Origin: Gemmatimonadaceae bacterium
Lineage (GTDB): Bacteria > Gemmatimonadota > Gemmatimonadetes > Gemmatimonadales > Gemmatimonadaceae
Direction: 5' to 3'
NCBI GenBank assembly: GCA_044224875.1
Contig: JBGAJQ010000059.1
Span: 1 to 33,488 of the forward strand
DNA: 33,488 nucleotides
Position numbers and translations under genes: made by a program. The notes below the pieces were generated by a model. It saw only the letters and a program-made list of their open reading frames with translations, was not told the DNA's origin and made no database searches. This document shows positions 28,723 to 33,488 of the stretch, one piece after another; the first letter of the stretch is position 1, and every line of letters starts with the position of its first letter.

Positions 28723-29289
28723 TCACGGATCGCAGACGGCCGCGAAGAATGCCGGCAGGTCAACCTCTAAGGCCTCCGCGTGCGGTTCCGGTTGCCAGAG
28801 CAGGTGACTGCTCAGCACCTCGGGCTCGTCAGCACCAAGGCGCCATCGCTCAACCAGGCGATTGCCAAGATCCACCACCCAGTATTCGGGCACACCGAGC
28901 TCCTGGTACTTCCGGCGCTTCACGAAGCGATCGGCGCGTACCGTGCTCGGGGAGAGCACTTCCACCGCGAGCGTGAGACGACCAACGTCCTCGAAGCGCG
29001 CCGGCCGACGCCCCTCCAGCTTTGGCATCACGAGCAGATCGGGTTGCAGCTCGCGGCGTGGCGTGACGTACACCTCTGCCGGTGCCACCGCTGTCCAGAG
29101 TCCGAGCGATGACGCGTACGCTCGCAGCAAGCCGCACAACACAATGACAGCTTCCTGATGCTCGAACGTCGGCGCTGGTGTCACGAATAGCTCGCCGTCG
29201 ATGACCTCGTACCGATTGCCATCGTCGGGGAGAGCGTGGACCATCTCCACGGTCCACTCGTGGTTCTGCATGGGAGCAGGCATGCCCAT
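28723..29289 (-). CDS. Uma2 (DUF820) family endonuclease, second paralog
   Basis: LPDDGNRYEVIDGELFVTPAP..HQ, QPDL, LAVEVLSPST, EYWVVD. Start at ATG 29289 or 29283. Confidence 0.9.
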   Translation of the reverse strand: MGMPAPMQNHEWTVEMVHALPDDGNRYEVIDGELFVTPAPTFEHQEAVIVLCGLLRAYASSLGLWTAVAPAEVYVTPRRELQPDLLVMPKLEGRRPARFEDVGRLTLAVEVLSPSTVRADRFVKRRKYQELGVPEYWVVDLGNRLVERWRLGADEPEVLSSHLLWQPEPHAEALEVDLPAFFAAVCDP

Positions 29290-29459
29290 AGCGTACGCTC
29301 GGCGCGGCATGTGAGGCAAGAGAGCACATGCGGAGTATGGCCGCATGGGTTGGCGGCCGACGCATCATCCTATTGCACCTACGAGCGCTTGATTGCTGCG
29401 GCCGAACCAGCGTTATCAGGCGTTCGTCAAGCAAGCTTTGGCGCGCATCGGAGTGGCGC

Positions 29460-29699
29460 TTAGTACGCGTCTTCCTGACGCAACTGGTCAATGCGCTCGT
29501 TGGTGACGATCCCGCCGCGTCGCGCGAACGGTTTGAATCCGTACACAGCCTTCGGTTCACGAACGGCAGACGGAGAGGGCGCTGTCAACGCCACGCGGAC
29601 AAGCTCCGAGACGACCTCCCCGAGTGTCTTGTCCTCGCGCCGAGCACGCTCCTTGGCCGCGAGCAAGACGTCGTCAGCGATGTCGAGGGTGGTTCGCAT
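29460..29699 (-). CDS. VapB-like RHH antitoxin, apparently orphan
   Basis: MRTTLDIADDVLLAAKERAR..GEVVSELVR..VTNERIDQLR. Upstream TACAAT-N7-ATG and tandem CGCATCA repeats. Confidence 0.82.
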   Translation of the reverse strand: MRTTLDIADDVLLAAKERARREDKTLGEVVSELVRVALTAPSPSAVREPKAVYGFKPFARRGGIVTNERIDQLRQEDAY

Positions 29700-29781
29700 A
29701 CGTCAGATTGTAACGCATCACGCATCAGGAACAAGGACATAGCGTGGAGAGTGCTGCGGCCAAACCACCATCGGTCGTGTG

Positions 29782-30225
29782 CTACAGCTCGGCCACCATT
29801 GGGTCGATCGCCTCGACGAACGGGAACCGGTGAAAGTCCGTGTCGCGCGTGCAAATGCGCCGGATCCCGTGCTCGCGCATCAGGCACGCTGTTTCTGCGT
29901 CATGCCACAGATTTCCCGCCAGACCGGGTGTGGCGTCCACGAGTTCCTTGAGCACTGCCGCGTGCCGATCGGTCGGCACAAGCATCGTGAGGCCCGGGGC
30001 AGCTGCAACTGCTTCGAGGAATTCATGCGCCGAGCGACTACCCCACGGTCGCCGCAGCACCCGCGGGTGCGTGACCACGCGCAGGAACTCGTAGCAGATC
30101 CCCCAGGTGAGGAACCACGCCGCGCTGGTCTCCCGCCAGCGCTCGAGCAACGCGCGACAGCGTTCGTGCTCGGGCGCACTCGTATCGGCTGCGTACACCA
30201 GCACGTTCGTGTCCACAACAAACAC
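29782..30225 (-). CDS. vapC: VapC-family PIN domain toxin
   Basis: VDTNVLVYA, YEFLRVVTHPR, GNLWHDA, TRDTDF acidic PIN residues. Confidence 0.92.
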   Translation of the reverse strand: MFVVDTNVLVYAADTSAPEHERCRALLERWRETSAAWFLTWGICYEFLRVVTHPRVLRRPWGSRSAHEFLEAVAAAPGLTMLVPTDRHAAVLKELVDATPGLAGNLWHDAETACLMREHGIRRICTRDTDFHRFPFVEAIDPMVAEL

Positions 30226-30452
30226 TACCGTCCCTCCATGGCGCCGTAGAGCGCGCCCCGGTCGGTGATGTCCACCAGCGCGCCGCCGCCGTCGAAGCTG
30301 GGCAGGGGCGTGAGCGGTTCGTGCTCGCGTCGGGAGCGAAGTAGGTTGCGGAGTGCCGTCTCGACAAGTTCGGACATGGTGCGGCCGGACCTGGCAGCCT
30401 CTCGCTTGAGGCGGATCATGACAGAGTCATCGATGACGAGTGTGGTCCTCAT
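30225..30452 (-). CDS. vapB: VapB-like RHH antitoxin
   Basis: MRTTLVIDDSVMIRLKREAARSGRTMSELVETALR; abuts vapC. Confidence 0.88.
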   Translation of the reverse strand: MRTTLVIDDSVMIRLKREAARSGRTMSELVETALRNLLRSRREHEPLTPLPSFDGGGALVDITDRGALYGAMEGR

Positions 30453-30488
30453 ATGGAAAACCATATGAAGCATGTGGCTGTATGTCAA
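30450..30488 (-). promoter_or_regulatory. vapBC leaderless promoter with an inverted-repeat operator
   Basis: TTGACA-N17-TATGGT-N7-ATG. The perfect inverted repeat CATATGG-AAAA-CCATATG covers the -10 and the start codon. Confidence 0.75.
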
Positions 30489-30654
30489 GCCAGAGGGAAC
30501 GCGATGATGTGCTACCGATTTCGTCTGGCCCGACGCTTCGGAGCTGCTACGGACACCAATCTGCCTGCAACGGCGCGCCAGCGACGCATCGTTCTATTGC
30601 GCGCGCCATCGAATTCACCGCCAGGTCAAGACTGCGTTCCTCGGGACGGGGGGA

Positions 30655-32166
30655 TCACCCGTAGGAATCAGCCCCCTCCTCCACACCATACCGCGTCAGC
30701 CAGTTACTGAGCGTCTGGTAGCTCGCCAACCCCACCAGCTCGGCCGCCTTCGTCTTGTTTCCGTGCGCTTCCTTCATCGCCCTCGTTAGGTAGTGGCGCG
30801 CCACGTCCTCGAGCAGCGAGGGTAGCACGAACCCAGCCCCCAATGCGCGTCCCAGCGTGTCGTCGCTCCGCGCCTGCCGCGACGGCAGCAGCGATTCGCG
30901 CGCGTCCTCGGCGGTGATCGTCTGGCCGTTGGCCCAGATCACCATGCGGCGAAGGGTGTTGAGCAGCTCTCGCACGTTCCCGGGCCAGGTGTGGCCGAGT
31001 AGCACACTGCGGGCGCCGGCGGACATCGACTTGGGAGGCGCTCCCTCGGCGCGCGACTCGTCGGCGTTCACACGGGTGAACAGCTCGTCGATCAACAGGC
31101 CGATGTCGCCCGTGCGCTCGCGTAGCGGCGGCACGTGGAGGGACGCCACGGCGAGCCGAAAGTAGAGATCCTCGCGAAAGCTGCCGGCCTGCACCTCGTC
31201 CGCCAGCGCGCGATTGGTCGCGGCGATCACCCGCACATCGGTCTTCATGGAGCGGCTCGCGCCGACTCGGAGTACCTCACCGTCCTGCAAAACGCGCAGC
31301 AGCTTCACCTGTGCGGCCAGCGGGAGCTCGCCGACTTCGTCCAGGAAGAGTGTGCCACCGTTCGCCTCTTCGAAGTAACCGGCGCGTGTTTCGGTCGCGC
31401 CGGTAAATGCGCCCTTGACGTGCCCGAACAGCTCGGACTCGACCAGCTCGCGAGGGATGGCACCGCAATTCACGGGAACGAACTTGTGGGCGCGACGGGG
31501 ACTGGCGCGATGGATGGCGCGGGCGAGCAGTTCCTTGCCGGTGCCGGACTCGCCTTCGATGACGACTGGCACGTTGTGAAGCGCAACTCGGCTGGCCCGT
31601 GAGATCAAACGATTCATCTCGCGACTTCGGCAGATGATGTCGGAAAACTCCGCCGACGGCGGGGGCTCGGCGGCGCTTTCCTGACGGAGCCGAGCATCGT
31701 GTTGGGCGAGGAGGTGCGGCACGAACTCCATCGCGATCTCGAAGGGGATCTTGACGGTTTTGACGCCAAACTTCTGCGACGACTCGATGAGTCGCGCGGG
31801 GAACCGGCTCTTGGCGAGGAGAATCCAGATCGCCGCCATGGCCGGCGTGCCAGGGCTCAGGTGGAACGTCAGCTCAACGCCTTTGCCATTTTCGGCAAGG
31901 CAGGCGCGGGACGCTGCCTGGTAGATCTCCTCGTAGTTCGTCGGACTGCTGAGGGCCACGCGTTCGAAGGTGACCTGCGCCTTGGTGCGTTTGCCGATCC
32001 ACTTGGCAAAGCCACGATCCTCGTCTGCGCTGTAGTTGGAGAGCAGATGCACGCGATCGAAGGCGAGTGCGTTGAGCGCGCCGGCGATGGGGCCTGGGCC
32101 CGAGGTGTCGCCGCTCGCGCCGCGGAGGTCGGCCGTTCCAACCCAGGCGAGGAGTGTGGCGGGCAT
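30655..32166 (-). CDS. Sigma54-dependent activator (AAA+, Fis HTH) with an RtcR/CARF-like N-terminal domain
   Basis: [15 protein letters not shown], intact [21 protein letters not shown]-terminal HTH. N-terminal [23 protein letters not shown], with no receiver domain. Confidence 0.88.
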   Translation of the reverse strand: MPATLLAWVGTADLRGASGDTSGPGPIAGALNALAFDRVHLLSNYSADEDRGFAKWIGKRTKAQVTFERVALSSPTNYEEIYQAASRACLAENGKGVELTFHLSPGTPAMAAIWILLAKSRFPARLIESSQKFGVKTVKIPFEIAMEFVPHLLAQHDARLRQESAAEPPPSAEFSDIICRSREMNRLISRASRVALHNVPVVIEGESGTGKELLARAIHRASPRRAHKFVPVNCGAIPRELVESELFGHVKGAFTGATETRAGYFEEANGGTLFLDEVGELPLAAQVKLLRVLQDGEVLRVGASRSMKTDVRVIAATNRALADEVQAGSFREDLYFRLAVASLHVPPLRERTGDIGLLIDELFTRVNADESRAEGAPPKSMSAGARSVLLGHTWPGNVRELLNTLRRMVIWANGQTITAEDARESLLPSRQARSDDTLGRALGAGFVLPSLLEDVARHYLTRAMKEAHGNKTKAAELVGLASYQTLSNWLTRYGVEEGADSYG

Positions 32167-32374
32167 GGAGGAGGGGGAAGGAGGTTCGTCAACGTACAAA
32201 GAGTCTTGTCATACCGCAAAACAATTTGCATCCGGCGGAGCGTTCGGCGTTGGCTCGAGGGGGAATACGCGTGACGTGAACACCGCGCACTGCACAGCCA
32301 AATGCTCGGCGCCGAGTCAGTTAGCTGTTCTTCAGGTGCAACCGTTAGCCTGTCGACCCTGCGGACCCCGTGCA

Positions 32375-32390
32375 TGGCACGGGCCGTGCC
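32375..32390 (+). promoter_or_regulatory. Sigma54 (-24/-12) promoter
   Basis: TGGCACG-GGCC-GTGC has exact GG-N10-GC spacing and is divergent from a sigma54 activator gene. Confidence 0.72.
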
Positions 32391-32409
32391 CTAGAGAGCG
32401 CGCCAACCC

Positions 32410-32541
32410 ATGCGGAGCCACATGCCTGCCGTCGCAACCAAAACGCTTGTCGTGATCGTGATCGCCCTGGCGGTGGTGCTGCTGGTGGTTGGCGGCGGGA
32501 GCGTGATCGCGGTGGTGATGTCTGGGGGTGGGCTTCCGTGA
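32410..32541 (+). CDS. Putative 43-aa hydrophobic peptide
   Basis: MRSHMPAVATKTLVVIVIALAVVLLVVGGGSVIAVVMSGGGLP*, beginning about 20 nt after the -12 element. Below the ORF track cutoff. Confidence 0.4.
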   Translation: MRSHMPAVATKTLVVIVIALAVVLLVVGGGSVIAVVMSGGGLP

Positions 32542-32796
32542 GCGTTGCGCTGCAGGTGGTGTCGCGAGGTGCAGCAGGTCATCGGGCGCGAGTGGGACGG
32601 GGTGGGGTTGGGGCAGTATCGCGTCCGGTGGCCCTGCGCGCAGCACAGGTCAACCTGGCAGACCTTCCGTGGCATCGCTCAGGATCTGCAGATATCGATC
32701 GTACACGCCGTCCACAGTCGTTACGCGACATGCGTCGGTAGCTTCGCGTTGCATAACCCCACACCGGTTTCCACAGCTCAAGAAGCTTGAATAGTC

Positions 32797-33488
32797 CGCC
32801 ACCTGACCGCTCTGGAGATGGCCGTCGCTCGCGGCGAGCTGCAGCGCCCGCCCAAGCGCGATGACCCGCTGCTCGACATCCTCATCCAGCGCGGCAAGGA
32901 TCACGAGGCGAAGCACGTTCGGCAACTCGGCGAATCGCTCAACGTCGTCGACCTGAACACCCTGCCACCCGGCGATCGCGATCTCGCCGTCCAACGCACG
33001 CTCGAAGCCATGCAGGCCGGCGCTGACGTCATCGTGCAGGGTGCGTTGATGGATGGCATCTGGTACGGGCGCCCGGACGTGATGGAGAGGGTGAACACGC
33101 CGAGTGCGCTGGGCGCGTGGTCGTATGAGGTGACGGACACGAAGCTGGTGCGCGAGACGCGCGGCGGGACGATCCTCCAGCTGTCGTTGTACTCGGAGAT
33201 GCTGGCCAAGGCGCAGGGCGCGCGTCCGGAGTACTTCCATGTCGTCACGCCGGACGAAGAGAATCCCCGGCAGACATTTCGCGTCGACGACTACGCGGCG
33301 TACTTCCGCTTCGTGCGTGATCGGATGGTTCAGACGGTGGCCCGCGAGCACGCCGAGGTCGCGGCCGAGCACTATCCAGAGCCGGTAGACTACTGCGAGT
33401 ACTGCGAGTGGTGGTCGCGCTGCGATGCCAAGCGACACGCCGACGATCATCTCTCCCTCGTGGCCGGGATCACTCGGCTGCAACGACG
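32797..33488 (+). CDS. TM0106-family RecB-like nuclease, apparently 5'-truncated, runs off the right edge
   Basis: Manual translation: RHLTALEM..RGKDHE..GADVIVQGAL..GRPD..YEVTDTKL..LQLSLYSE..CEYCEWWSRC..DDHLSLVAGI. In-frame TGA at 32788-32790; first ATG at 32818. Confidence 0.85.

Noticed and set aside
22250..30488. Integrated mobile element
   Set aside because: No integrase, transposase, tRNA or terminal repeats were seen; it is called only an accessory region.
32650..33483. 277-aa minus-strand ORF
   Set aside because: Antisense shadow of the plus-strand TM0106 gene, which the ORF track missed because it has no stop in the window.

Overview
GC-rich bacterial window. The gene content (PadR plus ADOP permease, ECF-sigma plus Ser/Thr kinase, imuABC) suggests Gemmatimonadota or a similar soil lineage; this is inference. 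Left end: an SOS-type mutagenesis region on the minus strand (SPL-like radical SAM, DinB-family protein, AAC(6')-like GNAT, imuA-imuB-dnaE2). Its two promoters share an operator-like motif, ATACCGAACAAAnnCCGAA, at nearly the same distance from the start codons, a candidate LexA box. Middle: an amidohydrolase, membrane and secreted proteins, an ECF/kinase pair followed by a lipoprotein resembling a plant XLG/EDR4-type domain, an nhaR / htpX-terC locus and a padR-ADOP pair. Right: an accessory region with two convergent Uma2 paralogs, a PLD-like giant protein with a DUF900 hydrolase, toxin-antitoxin modules with leaderless promoters and decayed gene fragments. It ends with an RtcR/CARF-like sigma54 activator divergent from a -24/-12 promoter that precedes a 43-aa membrane peptide and a 5'-truncated TM0106 RecB-like nuclease. 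All family calls come from motif recognition, not database searches. No rRNA, tRNA, CRISPR array or transposase was seen.
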